Source: a virus. From it: DNA of 64,000 bases. A program made the translations under genes and the position numbers. The notes beneath the pieces are model-generated. The model saw only the letters and a program-made list of their open reading frames with translations. It did no database searches and was not told where the DNA came from. Location of the stretch: UHGV virus genome UHGV-0036582. One strand, written 5' to 3'. This document shows positions 29,801 to 39,217 of the stretch, one piece after another (the first letter of the stretch is position 1; every line of letters starts with the position of its first letter).

Positions 29801-31499
29801 AGCGGCGGCTCTTATTGCTAAGGAAAGCGAGGCTCGTGTTGAAGGCGATGCTGCAAACGCTAAACAACTGGAAGTGTTGCAGTCAACGGTAGAGGAAAGC
29901 TCCGCTGCCGTTGAAGAAATGAAAAAGACGGTTGCAGAGGTCGATCGTGCAAGTGCAGAACTGACTACGAACATTGAGGCGTTAGCCAAAACAAATATTG
30001 ACCTGGCTCTTCGTCAAGATGAAGACCAGCACAAGCAGATGGTCAATAACGCGAAGATCGCAACAACACAGAAAACCTTTGCTGATGATATGTCTGCAAT
30101 GGCTACGAAGGTTGAAGAAATTCGCGTAGAAATTGGCGAAGACATTAAGTCCAGTATTCTGGAAGAGTCCACCGCTCGTGCCGATGGCGATGAAGCGTTG
30201 GCAAAGCGTGTCACTCAACTGCAATCTAAGTTTGAAGGAGATATCAGCGCAGCCATTAAGGAAGAGCAAGAAGCCCGAGCAACCGAAGATTCGGCACTGG
30301 CAAGCCAGATCACCCAACTTCAGGCAAAAGTTGATGATGATATTTCTGCTGCAATACGCAGTGAGCAGGAGGCTCGTGCGAGCGGAGACTCTGCGTTAGC
30401 TAAACAAATAAACCAGCTTCAAGCAAAGGTTGACGGTGATATATCCGCCGCCATCACTCAGGAGCAGGAGGCCAGAGCAAGTGCTGACGAGGCGCTCTCA
30501 CGAGAAATTAACAGCCTGCGGGCGCAGACCGGAACTGATATTGCCGCAGCTGTTGCTGTAGAGACAAAAGCAAGGACTGACGCTGATAGTGCATTGTCCA
30601 GCCAGATTACATCTCTTACAGCAAAAGCTAATGATCTCGAGGCGTCTCTTTCCAGAGAGACAACGGCTCGTGCAGATGGTGATACCGCTTTAACAAAAGA
30701 GGTTTCAAGTTTAAAAGCACAGACTGCGAAAGATATTAGTGCGGCCGTTGCAGTGGAAACGCAGGCTCGAACTGATGCTGACTCGGCGTTGTCATCTCAG
30801 ATCACCAAGCTGACCTCTCAATACAAAGAGGATATTAAAGCGGCTGTAGCAACCGAAACGAAAACGCGTACAGAGCAAGATGCGGCATTGGCGACTCAAA
30901 TCACACACTTAGAGTCTCAAACGGCAGCCAACATTTCCGCGGCGGTCACAACTGAAACGACAGCGAGAACGCAGGCAGATAATGCTCTGAGTGGGCGAAT
31001 CGATACTCTGAAAGCAGAGGTGGATGGAAATACCGCGACAATTCAACAGCAGGCAACAGCTATTGCTGATACCAACAAAAAAGTGTCAACCGCGTGGACG
31101 TTGAAAATGGAGACTTCAACGAGCGGAGGGCAGAAGTATGTTGCCGGTATTGCGCTTGGTATTGACACCACTGGGCTATCTCAGTTTTTGGTTCAGGCGG
31201 ACAGGTTTGGTTTGGTCAACTCTGTCAACGGGAAGATCACCACGCCATTTGTTATCGAAAACAGTATTGCCTATATGAATGGTGCTTATATCAAGGATGG
31301 CACAATCACCAATGCAAAGGTAGGCGATCTGCAATCTACCAATTTTGTTAGCGGTAGATCTGGATGGCGATTCGGTAAAAATGGAACGCTTGAAATAAAC
31401 GGTAATAGCGGCGGCAATGGGCGATTGGTCATTAATGGTCAGCGGATTGACGTTTATGACGATAACAACGTCCTACGAGTAAGAATTGGCCGTCTGTGA
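26865..31499 (+). CDS. tail tip / central fibre protein (lambda J-like)
   Basis: 1544 aa; N-terminal region J-like, then about nine tandem ~29-aa repeats (ISAAI..EQEARA..DSALA.QI.QLQAKVD.D) at ~30160-31020. Confidence 0.8.
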   Translation: MNMEQFKKKKLPLFIAGAGGKKSSKSSSRTPVEADDTVNSRAMAAILDLLGEGVIGGLVNGARSIFIDDLPIVNEDGSSNFSGITWDFRDGSQDQTPMSGFDFVETPKSVNIQLKKTHYVTVSIDNDEADRVRVIMKFPSLRSIDKKTGDTNGTTVEYKFQIANGDSTFVDVVAEGEKSVGIKLTAKKTGVYYRSYELKLPKPGRAYKVRVVRITDDNSSQYLYNDTWVDSIGEIVDTPMNYPNSVLVGLKVNSEQFGSTMPSRSYLVRGLKIRVPSNYNESSNTYAGVWDGTFKLLSSSNPAWILFDLLTNARYGLGQYVSESMIDLGQLYQIGRYCDEEVDDGFGGKEKRFAINTQITSRQDAYRLIQDIAGAFRGMVFWAGGMVNIMQDSPSDPVMMFTNSNVKDGLFTYKGSARKDRPSVALVTYNNKEDGYKQNIEYVEDQDAMRRYGERKTEVVAFGCTSRGQAHRVGLWLLYTARMESDVITFTAGLDASFLMPGETVLIQNKYRAGKRNSGRIVAFTKNSVTLDAPVSLAKGGCFIRILNQEGKIVERDVLETGENITKVTFSKALSSAETPVLNGVWTITEPDLEPMRVRIVNIAQGETPGSFDITAVENNPSKYEAIDNGATLIPQNTTVLDPTYSKPSNLQITEGTYLSSPGNLSVKLTATWEGKSPEYWISWRRSDENNVSNWQSARVTEEQYEIVNVAENGRYDFQLYAVSFNGKKTEIISTVYQVLGTMTPPDAPTSLTAVGDYRNVILNWVNPDSVDLDHINVYASQTNNLDTAKLIAESASTTFTHAGLGDSETWYYWVRASNKRGMLSPPNSNLGTEATTRDVLSFLTGKITSSELGQALLEDINSKASQEAVDELNEHINQSVESLEGAVNDVKEDIAELDKQFSDNLADFEIKFNERSDALENAQTELKGEVSATIDKVNKAFEKIDATDAAIVEIENTVSEHDKALANTVEAIKAARDEAAALIAKESEARVEGDAANAKQLEVLQSTVEESSAAVEEMKKTVAEVDRASAELTTNIEALAKTNIDLALRQDEDQHKQMVNNAKIATTQKTFADDMSAMATKVEEIRVEIGEDIKSSILEESTARADGDEALAKRVTQLQSKFEGDISAAIKEEQEARATEDSALASQITQLQAKVDDDISAAIRSEQEARASGDSALAKQINQLQAKVDGDISAAITQEQEARASADEALSREINSLRAQTGTDIAAAVAVETKARTDADSALSSQITSLTAKANDLEASLSRETTARADGDTALTKEVSSLKAQTAKDISAAVAVETQARTDADSALSSQITKLTSQYKEDIKAAVATETKTRTEQDAALATQITHLESQTAANISAAVTTETTARTQADNALSGRIDTLKAEVDGNTATIQQQATAIADTNKKVSTAWTLKMETSTSGGQKYVAGIALGIDTTGLSQFLVQADRFGLVNSVNGKITTPFVIENSIAYMNGAYIKDGTITNAKVGDLQSTNFVSGRSGWRFGKNGTLEINGNSGGNGRLVINGQRIDVYDDNNVLRVRIGRL

Positions 31500-31592
31500 T
31501 GGTGGAAAAAAAATTTTATATCGGTAAAAATAGGTAAGTACTTACTAAATGGCGGGCAAGGATAGCCCGCCAAATCAAGGAGCATATTCAAC

Positions 31593-34500
31593 ATGTGGTA
31601 CAGGGAAGGTACTATCACATTTACACAGGGTAGCAATACTCTGGTTGGGGCAGGGACAGCCTGGAACGTAACAGCTAATGGTGTGTTGCCGGGGATGATC
31701 GTCATTGGCCCCGACAACAAGCTGTATGAGATCAAGCGCGTAACCAGTGATACGAACATTGTTCTCTCAGAACCTTATACCGGCGAAACTCAGTCTGAAG
31801 TTCCGTGCCGAATCATTACGACCTATGAAGGCGACTTAACACAGTTTAGCGCGCGCTTTACTGCACTAATGTCGCGTATGTCGGCTGATTCCAAGTCCAT
31901 GCGCAGTTGGTTGACTGCTCTGGATGAGGTGACAATCGAGCGTGAAGACGGTACAGAAGTGACCGTTAAGCCGCTAATGCAGATCGTCAACGAGCACAAC
32001 GAAAACGTTGAGTGGTATAAAAATAACACTGACGCGATTAATGCTGCTGGCGACAAAGCTCGTGAGGCGGCGGCCAGTGCTGCCGCAGCAGCAGAAAGCG
32101 CCAATACCGCTGGAGAAAAAGCCTCTCAAGCGTCTCAAAGTGCATCCGCTGCGGCATCTTCACAAAGTGCTGCAAGTGCGAGCGCAACTGCTGCGAAAAA
32201 ATCTGAAACGAACGCACAAGCCGCAAAAGAAGCGGCAGCAGAATCAGCATCTGTAGCGTCGGCCAAAGCATCGGAGGCAGCAACATCTGCGTCCAGTGCC
32301 TCTGCATCTAAGGATGCAGCCAAAGTATCAGAGACTAACGCTTCATCGAGCGCAAACGCGGCAGCATCATCGGCAACAGAAGCTGCAAATTCGTCTAAGG
32401 CAGCAAAAACGTCAGAGACAAACGCAAAAGCATCTGAAACGGCCGCCGGGCAGAGTGCAAAGTCTGCAAACAGTTCGAAATCTGCGGCAGAAGCCTCAGC
32501 AAGCGCAGCCTCAGCAAGCGCGGATAGTGCTTCATCAAGTGCAACAGCGGCAGGAAAATCTGCGGAAAGTGCATCGTCATCAGCGACAACAGCTACCACA
32601 AAAGCGACAGAGGCGACGAGTCAGGCTACAGCTGCTAAAAATTCAGCATCGGCAGCAAAAGCCTCTGAAACAAATGCAAAGACTTCAGAAGACAATGCTG
32701 CTTCCTCTAAGGCGGCAGCTGCTGAATCTGCAAGTTCTGCGTCTGCATCAGCTACCTCGGCATCCGCTTCAAAAGATGAGGCGACTAAACAGGCGTCAGC
32801 AGCGAAGGGCAGTGCCACGACGGCATCCACAAAGGCAACAGAGGCGGCAGGCAGTGCGACGGCTGCATCTCAGAGCAAAACTGCTGCCGAATCTGCTGCG
32901 ACCCGTGCAGAAGCAGCCGCAGATCGTGCTGAAGAGATTGCCGGTGCAGTTGCGATGGAAGACGCAACCCTTACAACTAAAGGTGTTGTGAAACTTAGTA
33001 GTGCGACAGATAGCACCAGTGAATCGCTGGCTGCAACGCCAAAGGCAGTTAAAGCAGCCAATGACAATGCGAATAGTAGGGTGCCATCTAACCGAAAAAT
33101 TAACGGGAAAGCACTGACTGCGGATATCACATTAACGCCGAAAGATATTGGCACTTTAAATTCAGTAACGATGTCTTTCTCTGGCGGGGCTGGGTGGTTC
33201 AAACTGGCTACGGTTACCATGCCACAAGCGAGTTCCATCGTTTACATTGCATTGATTGGTGGCGCTGGTTACAACGTCGGCTCCCCACAGCAGGCAGGCA
33301 TTTCAGAACTGGTTTTACGAGCAGGCAATGGAAACCCCAAAGGGATTACCGGAGCTTTGTGGAAGCGTACAGCCGTCGGATTAACGAATTTCGCCTGGAT
33401 CAACACATCCGGCGATAAATATGATATTTACGTTGAGATTGGCAATTATGCGACGAGTGTAAATATCCATTGGGACTGTACTGCAAATGCGTCAGTTTCT
33501 GTTTATACCTCGCCAACATATTCAGCGAGTAAGCCTTCCGGCGTTACCGATGGCGTTGTTTATACGGTGTATAGCTCACACCAGAAACCTACACCATCAG
33601 ATATTGGAGCACTGCCAACAACGGGAGGGACTATTTCAGGTCCGTTGGCTGTTACTGGTGGGATCACCGGAACATTAAATGGCAATGCAAGTACCGCTAC
33701 GAAATTGCAGACTGCAAGAACTATCGGCGGCGTGGCCTTCGATGGCTCTGCGAACATAAATTTGCCTGGTGTAAACACGGCAGGTAATCAGAGCACTACT
33801 GGTAATGCCGCAACCGCTACAAAACTTCAAACGGCAAGAACGATTGGTGGCGTTTCATTTAACGGAACTGCCAACATCGACTTGCCCGGAGTTAACAAAA
33901 CTGGCAACCAAAGCACCACAGGTAATGCTGCTACAGCTACTAAATTGCAGACTGCAAGAACCATCGGTGGTGTTAGCTTTGATGGCACTGCGAATATTAA
34001 TTTGCCAGGTGTAAATACGGCAGGTAATCAGAGCACTACAGGTAACGCGGCCACAGCGACCAAGTTGCAAACTGCTAGAACTATTAACGGGGTGTCGTTT
34101 AACGGCTCTGCGAATATTTCAATACCAACAATTACGTCCAGAGGACGCGTTACTGCGCTCACCGGTACAACACAAGGTGCTGCGACTGGATTGCAGATGT
34201 ACGAGGCATATAACAATGGCTACCCTTCGACTTACGGGAATGTGCTTCATCTTAAGGGCGCAACGGCCGTTGGTGAAGGTGAGTTGTTCATAGGTTGGAG
34301 CGGTACAAGTGGCGCTCATGCACCTGTACATGTACGTTCGCGACGAGATACGGATACATCCAGTTGGTCTGAATGGGCGCAAGTTTATACGTCCAAAGAC
34401 TCAATTCCAGGTGTTAATGCCACCGGTAATCAGAACACTACTGGCAACGCGGCAACCGCCACCAAATTGCAGACAGCGAGAAGAATTAACAATGTGGCTT

Positions 34501-35471
34501 TTGACGGCACGAAAGATATTACTCTAACGCCTGGTAATATCGGCGCTGCTGCTTCGTCTCAGGCATGGCTGAATACTGGCGATTCAGGACAATCATTATC
34601 CACATCGTCATTTATTACGCTGCTGCAAAATAACGGCGCATTCAATCAGCGTACATGGATTGCTCGCTGTTCGTGGGCTTATGCTAATAACGCCTCAATA
34701 CCGGATAGCGAAACAAAATGCGGCACTATTCCGCTTGCTGGCGCACTGATTGAAATAACCAGCTTTGGCATGACTAACTACACAATTAGGATCACCACCG
34801 CAACGACTACCAGCGTTTCCGGTGCAAAAGTAAACGCCGAATTTATTTACGTTTACAATGGGGATGGTTATTCGCCAGGCTGGCGCAGGCAGTACAATAC
34901 TAAAAACCTGCCGACGCCACTTGAGATAGGAACTTACAGCAAATCGGAGATTGACAATTTAAATAGGAATTTTCTCACATCGTCAAGACTTGAAGCTGGC
35001 TCGTTAGATGCAAACTTCCAGACGTTAACTTGTTATTATTTGCAAATATTCGACATTCAGACAACAACCGATAGTCCTAACATGTTCGTAAGTCCGATTG
35101 CTGGCTACAACATGGTTTTTCGTTCGACTTCATCCCGTCGATACAAGACGGATATCGAGTCTTTAGAGAACAAGTACGCGGACGAGCTGTTGAAACTTCG
35201 TCCTGTATGGTATCGCTCGACTTGTGAAAGGGACAGAAAGGACTGGGGACATTATGGCCTTATTGCAGAAGAAGTCGGAGAGATAGCACCGCAATATGTT
35301 CACTGGCGTCCTCTTACAGACGAAGATGATCCAAGTATAGCGTCTGATAATGGGATGGTTGCTGAAGGCGTGATGTATGACCGTCTGGTTGTTCCACTCA
35401 TTCACCATATTCAAAAACTGACAAAAAGGGTTGAGGAGCTTGAAGCGAAGTTAAATTCACCTGAAGAATAA
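31593..35471 (+). CDS. tail fibre protein with C-terminal S74-type intramolecular chaperone
   Basis: Ala/Ser-rich low-complexity region; five tandem ~40-aa repeats GNQSTTGNAATATKLQTARTIGGVSFDGTANI; C-terminal RRYKTDIESLENKYADELLKLRPVWYR...GLIAEEV motif block. Confidence 0.8.
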   Translation: MWYREGTITFTQGSNTLVGAGTAWNVTANGVLPGMIVIGPDNKLYEIKRVTSDTNIVLSEPYTGETQSEVPCRIITTYEGDLTQFSARFTALMSRMSADSKSMRSWLTALDEVTIEREDGTEVTVKPLMQIVNEHNENVEWYKNNTDAINAAGDKAREAAASAAAAAESANTAGEKASQASQSASAAASSQSAASASATAAKKSETNAQAAKEAAAESASVASAKASEAATSASSASASKDAAKVSETNASSSANAAASSATEAANSSKAAKTSETNAKASETAAGQSAKSANSSKSAAEASASAASASADSASSSATAAGKSAESASSSATTATTKATEATSQATAAKNSASAAKASETNAKTSEDNAASSKAAAAESASSASASATSASASKDEATKQASAAKGSATTASTKATEAAGSATAASQSKTAAESAATRAEAAADRAEEIAGAVAMEDATLTTKGVVKLSSATDSTSESLAATPKAVKAANDNANSRVPSNRKINGKALTADITLTPKDIGTLNSVTMSFSGGAGWFKLATVTMPQASSIVYIALIGGAGYNVGSPQQAGISELVLRAGNGNPKGITGALWKRTAVGLTNFAWINTSGDKYDIYVEIGNYATSVNIHWDCTANASVSVYTSPTYSASKPSGVTDGVVYTVYSSHQKPTPSDIGALPTTGGTISGPLAVTGGITGTLNGNASTATKLQTARTIGGVAFDGSANINLPGVNTAGNQSTTGNAATATKLQTARTIGGVSFNGTANIDLPGVNKTGNQSTTGNAATATKLQTARTIGGVSFDGTANINLPGVNTAGNQSTTGNAATATKLQTARTINGVSFNGSANISIPTITSRGRVTALTGTTQGAATGLQMYEAYNNGYPSTYGNVLHLKGATAVGEGELFIGWSGTSGAHAPVHVRSRRDTDTSSWSEWAQVYTSKDSIPGVNATGNQNTTGNAATATKLQTARRINNVAFDGTKDITLTPGNIGAAASSQAWLNTGDSGQSLSTSSFITLLQNNGAFNQRTWIARCSWAYANNASIPDSETKCGTIPLAGALIEITSFGMTNYTIRITTATTTSVSGAKVNAEFIYVYNGDGYSPGWRRQYNTKNLPTPLEIGTYSKSEIDNLNRNFLTSSRLEAGSLDANFQTLTCYYLQIFDIQTTTDSPNMFVSPIAGYNMVFRSTSSRRYKTDIESLENKYADELLKLRPVWYRSTCERDRKDWGHYGLIAEEVGEIAPQYVHWRPLTDEDDPSIASDNGMVAEGVMYDRLVVPLIHHIQKLTKRVEELEAKLNSPEE

Positions 35472-35597
35472 ACAACCTCAACGAGAATTAGTTTAGAAAC
35501 AAGTTCTCATTAGTTTTTTAATATATATAGGTAAGTACACGCCTATTAATTGAGGGGTGAAATATGATATAAATCCGCCATCCCGATTTGGCTTTTC

Positions 35598-35933
35598 ATG
35601 GAGGAAAACATGTCGAACGAGATGGCGGGCGTTACAACAGAGCAAGTTGAGCGTATTGCCGCGATCGTTGCTCGGGAGGTTGTTGGCAAATTAGGTAAAG
35701 AGCTACGTGAAGAAATTGGCCAGGAGGTCAACGATCAGCTGAAAACCTACTTTGGTGATATGACCCCGGCGCAACATAGTATTCAACACTCCAACCTGGA
35801 CAAACTCCTTAACCGGTTAGATTCCATCTCAAGTGGGTTCTTTGGCGGCATTGTTTCTAAAATAACGTCGTTCATTATTACCGCACTGCTTTTGGGGTTA
35901 GCCGCGTATGGCGTAAAAAATGGACTGCAATAA
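35598..35933 (+). CDS. putative holin or lysis-associated membrane protein
   Basis: 111 aa with single C-terminal TM segment ITSFIITALLLGLAAYGV, first gene of lysis block; topology atypical for holins. Confidence 0.3.
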   Translation: MEENMSNEMAGVTTEQVERIAAIVAREVVGKLGKELREEIGQEVNDQLKTYFGDMTPAQHSIQHSNLDKLLNRLDSISSGFFGGIVSKITSFIITALLLGLAAYGVKNGLQ

Positions 35934-36639
35934 CAGGAGATCAAGGATGAAGACTCCGAGAGGCATTCGTAATAATAACCCCGGTAATCTTGATAAAGGA
36001 TCACCGTGGCAAGGTCTGGTTGCGAATCCAGACGAACCGCGCTTTTGCACGTTTAAAGACCCTGTTTGGGGGATTCGTGCACTGGCGGTGACTCTAATTA
36101 CCTACCACGACAAGCGTCGCGCAAAAGACGGCTCAAGTATCGATACCATTCGTGAAGTTATTGAACGTTGGGCACCGCCGAATGAAAACAACACTGACGC
36201 CTACATTAATGAGGTGTCTAAAGCCGTTGGTGTAACCGCAGACATGATTATCGATCTGCATGATTACGACATTCTTCGACCTTTGGTTGAGGCAATCATT
36301 CGCCATGAGAATGGGCGAGGTCCGCTAAAAACGCTGAACACCTGGTATGCGGCAGAAGTTATTGAGGAAGGTCTGCGTCGAGCTGGCGTCGTTAAGCCGG
36401 TGAAAACCGTGAAGGCTGTTCCTGTAACTAAAGAAACGGCAGGCGCAACTGTTACAGCAGGTATTGGTCTGGCGCAGCTGGCCGATGTTATGCCGCAGGT
36501 TTCCGCTGCTATGGATAAAGCACAAGGTCATATCTCTAGCGGGGATACAGTACGCATCATCTTCGGTATTGCCACTATTGTTGTGGCTGGATTTATCGCC
36601 TGGTCGCAGGTAAGAAGACACCAGAAAGGGATGGTCTAA
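35920..36639 (+). CDS. putative endolysin / cell-wall hydrolase with C-terminal membrane anchor
   Basis: Sits immediately upstream of the spanin pair; N-terminal GIRNNNPGNL motif; C-terminal TM IIFGIATIVVAGFIAW; enzymatic class not assignable. Confidence 0.35.
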   Translation: MDCNNRRSRMKTPRGIRNNNPGNLDKGSPWQGLVANPDEPRFCTFKDPVWGIRALAVTLITYHDKRRAKDGSSIDTIREVIERWAPPNENNTDAYINEVSKAVGVTADMIIDLHDYDILRPLVEAIIRHENGRGPLKTLNTWYAAEVIEEGLRRAGVVKPVKTVKAVPVTKETAGATVTAGIGLAQLADVMPQVSAAMDKAQGHISSGDTVRIIFGIATIVVAGFIAWSQVRRHQKGMV

Positions 36640-36640
36640 T

Positions 36641-36892
36641 ATGCTAGGCAGCCTGATGACAAAGCTAAAAGTTGCTTTGATTACGCTGGCTGCCGTTCTT
36701 TTCGTTCTGGTCGGCGCTTACACGATGGGCGGAAATGCGGCGCGACGAGCAATGGAAGAGAAGGCAAAACAGGAAGACAGGAAACGACTTCAAAGCACAG
36801 TGGACGTCAAAAATGAAACACTTGATGAGTTACGGCGCAAGGATGCTTCTACTGTTCATCATGAGTTGCACAATAAGTGGTTGCGTGATTAA
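36641..36892 (+). CDS. i-spanin (Rz-like)
   Basis: N-terminal TM VALITLAAVLFVLVGAY followed by charged helical periplasmic region. Confidence 0.55.
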   Translation: MLGSLMTKLKVALITLAAVLFVLVGAYTMGGNAARRAMEEKAKQEDRKRLQSTVDVKNETLDELRRKDASTVHHELHNKWLRD

Positions 36893-37043
36893 GCCTCAAC
36901 CCGCTGGTGTGCTTTTCTGCGATGCGGCTACACCGCTATACATCAGCCGTGATGATCTCATGACCGAAGAGACTGAAAGAGAGGTGCTTTTTCACAATAT
37001 GATTGGGGAGCGATTGTGTGGATGGGGCAGAAAAGTGCCATAA
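36735..37043 (+). CDS. o-spanin (Rz1-like lipoprotein) in +1 frame overlapping the i-spanin gene
   Basis: MKHLMSYGARMLLLFIMSCTISGC: signal peptide with lipobox ISGC; real start probably an internal Met near 36813. Confidence 0.55.
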   Translation: MRRDEQWKRRQNRKTGNDFKAQWTSKMKHLMSYGARMLLLFIMSCTISGCVIKPQPAGVLFCDAATPLYISRDDLMTEETEREVLFHNMIGERLCGWGRKVP

Positions 37044-37217
37044 CAAAAGTGGCGTTTTCTAACATAAAATTTGCATATTATTAGAGCACAAGGTAGATTT
37101 GATGCATGGATGTCAAGTAAATCATACCTTGTTTTAATAAATCGACGCATACTCGTAGCCTCTAAACCGACAAGGTCGCCGCTATGACATAAAGTTATTA
37201 CCGGCTAAGGTGGAAAC

Positions 37218-37616
37218 ATGCATACTGCACTTAACGCATCTCGTTCTATTCAGACGATAAGAGACTGTACCAAGATGATCGCATCGGTTCCGTTGCGGCA
37301 TTGGAATGACTCGCTCCAAATTCGTGAAATGAACAAACCGGGTATGCTTAAGGATCAGCGTTTCATCGTTAACCTTAAAAGTGACGTTGAAGAAGGCAAG
37401 TTTACCATCAAATTGTTTGCAGAAATGATGGTGCTCAACAATCGGTTACGTTTTCTTGTTAAGCCAGAAAAACAGTTTCCCGATGTTGTGCGTTGTGAAC
37501 AGGATGCTTTCTATGAGATTGAAAGCAAAATAGCTAAATTTATCAAAGATAAATACCGCGTAGATGTTAAAATAGCGAAACTGGATTCATCTACGGATAT
37601 GCGGCTTGCTAACTAA
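37218..37616 (+). CDS. hypothetical protein
   Basis: 132-aa ORF. Confidence 0.4.
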   Translation: MHTALNASRSIQTIRDCTKMIASVPLRHWNDSLQIREMNKPGMLKDQRFIVNLKSDVEEGKFTIKLFAEMMVLNNRLRFLVKPEKQFPDVVRCEQDAFYEIESKIAKFIKDKYRVDVKIAKLDSSTDMRLAN

Positions 37617-38393
37617 ATGTCACCATCATTCATAGCAGAGTATTCAAAAGTACTGTCTGGTTTCCCTGAATGTGAAGCAAGAGAGAAAATCAGAGTTGGC
37701 TACATGGTTAACTCTGATTTTTCTGTTTTACGGCTCACAGAGTGGTCCTTGATCGGGTCTAATTATGATTACTGTTTGACAGTGTCATTTGTAGGCGACC
37801 CTGATGCAGATTGGCTTCAAGAACATGCAATGGATCTTGACGAGCAGGGGTATTCAGAAGCAGAGATAGTTCATAGTGTTCGTGAATTAGTTGGTGATGA
37901 GCAAGAAGATGATGACGGCATTCAGATCGCCAGGTTCGTCTACAAACGATTCCAGTTTCGCTCACAAAAAGGCTCTCATCTTGGGGTCCAGATTAAAGGG
38001 GCATTTGTAACCCCTTCAAAGGAACAAAAGGGACTTGCTAGAAGAGTTTACAATTTCCTTCTCAATTGGCATGACCATGTGGTATGTGATGACCATCAGA
38101 CGGTTTACGGTGCCAGAATTTGGGCGGTCGGTATGCTTCTGGTCGGGCGTGTCCAAATCTATGACAATTTAAACAAAGAATTTATAGATGTCCTTGTTGA
38201 AGGTGGTATTGGGCAGAATGGCGTCAAACCGTGGGACGCGCTGCTATTGAGCAGCGAGGCCCAGTTACGTCACTGGAACCCTATGGCCGTCAGCATAGAC
38301 CCATCTAGTCAGATTCTCGCCATCATCTCCAAAGAAGACCGTCACATTGAAGTGGGCGTTACAACTTTTGACGCCAGGTCTACCAACCATTAA
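37617..38393 (+). CDS. hypothetical protein
   Basis: 258-aa ORF followed by strong terminator. Confidence 0.45.
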   Translation: MSPSFIAEYSKVLSGFPECEAREKIRVGYMVNSDFSVLRLTEWSLIGSNYDYCLTVSFVGDPDADWLQEHAMDLDEQGYSEAEIVHSVRELVGDEQEDDDGIQIARFVYKRFQFRSQKGSHLGVQIKGAFVTPSKEQKGLARRVYNFLLNWHDHVVCDDHQTVYGARIWAVGMLLVGRVQIYDNLNKEFIDVLVEGGIGQNGVKPWDALLLSSEAQLRHWNPMAVSIDPSSQILAIISKEDRHIEVGVTTFDARSTNH

Positions 38394-38398
38394 TTCCT

Positions 38399-38421
38399 AA
38401 ACCCGCTTCGGCGGGTTTTTG
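38399..38421 (+). terminator. intrinsic terminator
   Basis: AAACCCGC-TTCG-GCGGGT followed by TTTT. Confidence 0.85.
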
Positions 38422-38499
38422 ATGTTTCAGTTTCTTTATCAACCTACTAATTAACCTTTACACCGCAGCCGTAGGCATTTAGGCTATATCACATATAAG

Positions 38500-38513
38500 A
38501 AAACAAGTTGTTT
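38500..38513. promoter_or_regulatory. palindromic operator-like site AAAACAAGTTGTTT upstream of parA
   Basis: Same 13-bp dyad as at 9273 and 41433. Confidence 0.45.
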
Positions 38514-38548
38514 CAGACGATAATTATATACGCAAAGGGAACTCTCCA

Positions 38549-39217
38549 ATGACCAAGATCTTTGTGGTTGGCGGCACAAAGGGCGGGCCTGGCAAATCCA
38601 CCGTTGCCCAGCAAATTGCCGTTTGCCTGAAAGTCAAAAAGAAGAAGAAGGTTTATATCACTGATATAGATATTCAGCGCACGACAACAAGCTGGTGTGA
38701 AGACCGTCGACAGAACGAAGACCTTGAGCTGATTCCTTTTGCATACGTTCAGGATGACATCATTAAGCACCTAAAATCGCTTCAGGGTAGAGCTGAGTTT
38801 GTAGTGGTAGATGCTGGTGGCTTTGACTCCGAAATTCAGCGACAAGCGATGCTGATGGCCGACGTTATCATTATCCCGCTGCGTCCTAAGCGTCGTGATT
38901 TGAAATCTTTACGTGACATCGATCCTATTATCGACAATGTTCGTAATGTAAACGATAAAGTGAAGGTCCGCGCGGTCATGAACCAGTGCCCGGCTTTGCC
39001 ATCACAAGTGTCTCGCATTTTGGCGGCTAAAGAGATTGTCGAGACGTTTGGCATCGAGTCTGCGCCAGTCAATTTATATAACCGCAACGTCTATGATGAT
39101 GCGGAAGAGTCTGGTCGTTCTATCTTTGAAATGACCGGTAGCGAGCGCGACAAAAAGGCGGAAGCCGAGTTTGAAGAATTTGTAGATTATCTGTTGAGTC
39201 TGGAGGAAGAAGAATAA
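38549..39217 (+). CDS. parA: ParA-family partition ATPase
   Basis: Deviant Walker A GGTKGGPGKST, Walker B VVVDAGG; 222 aa (small type Ib ParA size). Confidence 0.8.
   Translation: MTKIFVVGGTKGGPGKSTVAQQIAVCLKVKKKKKVYITDIDIQRTTTSWCEDRRQNEDLELIPFAYVQDDIIKHLKSLQGRAEFVVVDAGGFDSEIQRQAMLMADVIIIPLRPKRRDLKSLRDIDPIIDNVRNVNDKVKVRAVMNQCPALPSQVSRILAAKEIVETFGIESAPVNLYNRNVYDDAEESGRSIFEMTGSERDKKAEAEFEEFVDYLLSLEEEE

Noticed and set aside
29900-31050. Regularly spaced near-identical nucleotide repeats that could be mistaken for a CRISPR-like array
   Set aside because: The repeats are in frame within the J-like gene and encode a periodic ~29-aa protein repeat; there are no unique spacers of constant length. 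No CRISPR array was seen anywhere in the window.
32008-32991. Several ORFs in alternative frames and on the minus strand (for example 32296-32991 +, 32135-32599 -) with Gln/Arg/Leu-rich or Ala-rich translations
   Set aside because: They lie entirely inside the Ala/Ser-rich low-complexity part of the 1292-aa tail fibre gene; GC-rich repetitive coding DNA keeps the other frames open. Frame artefacts.
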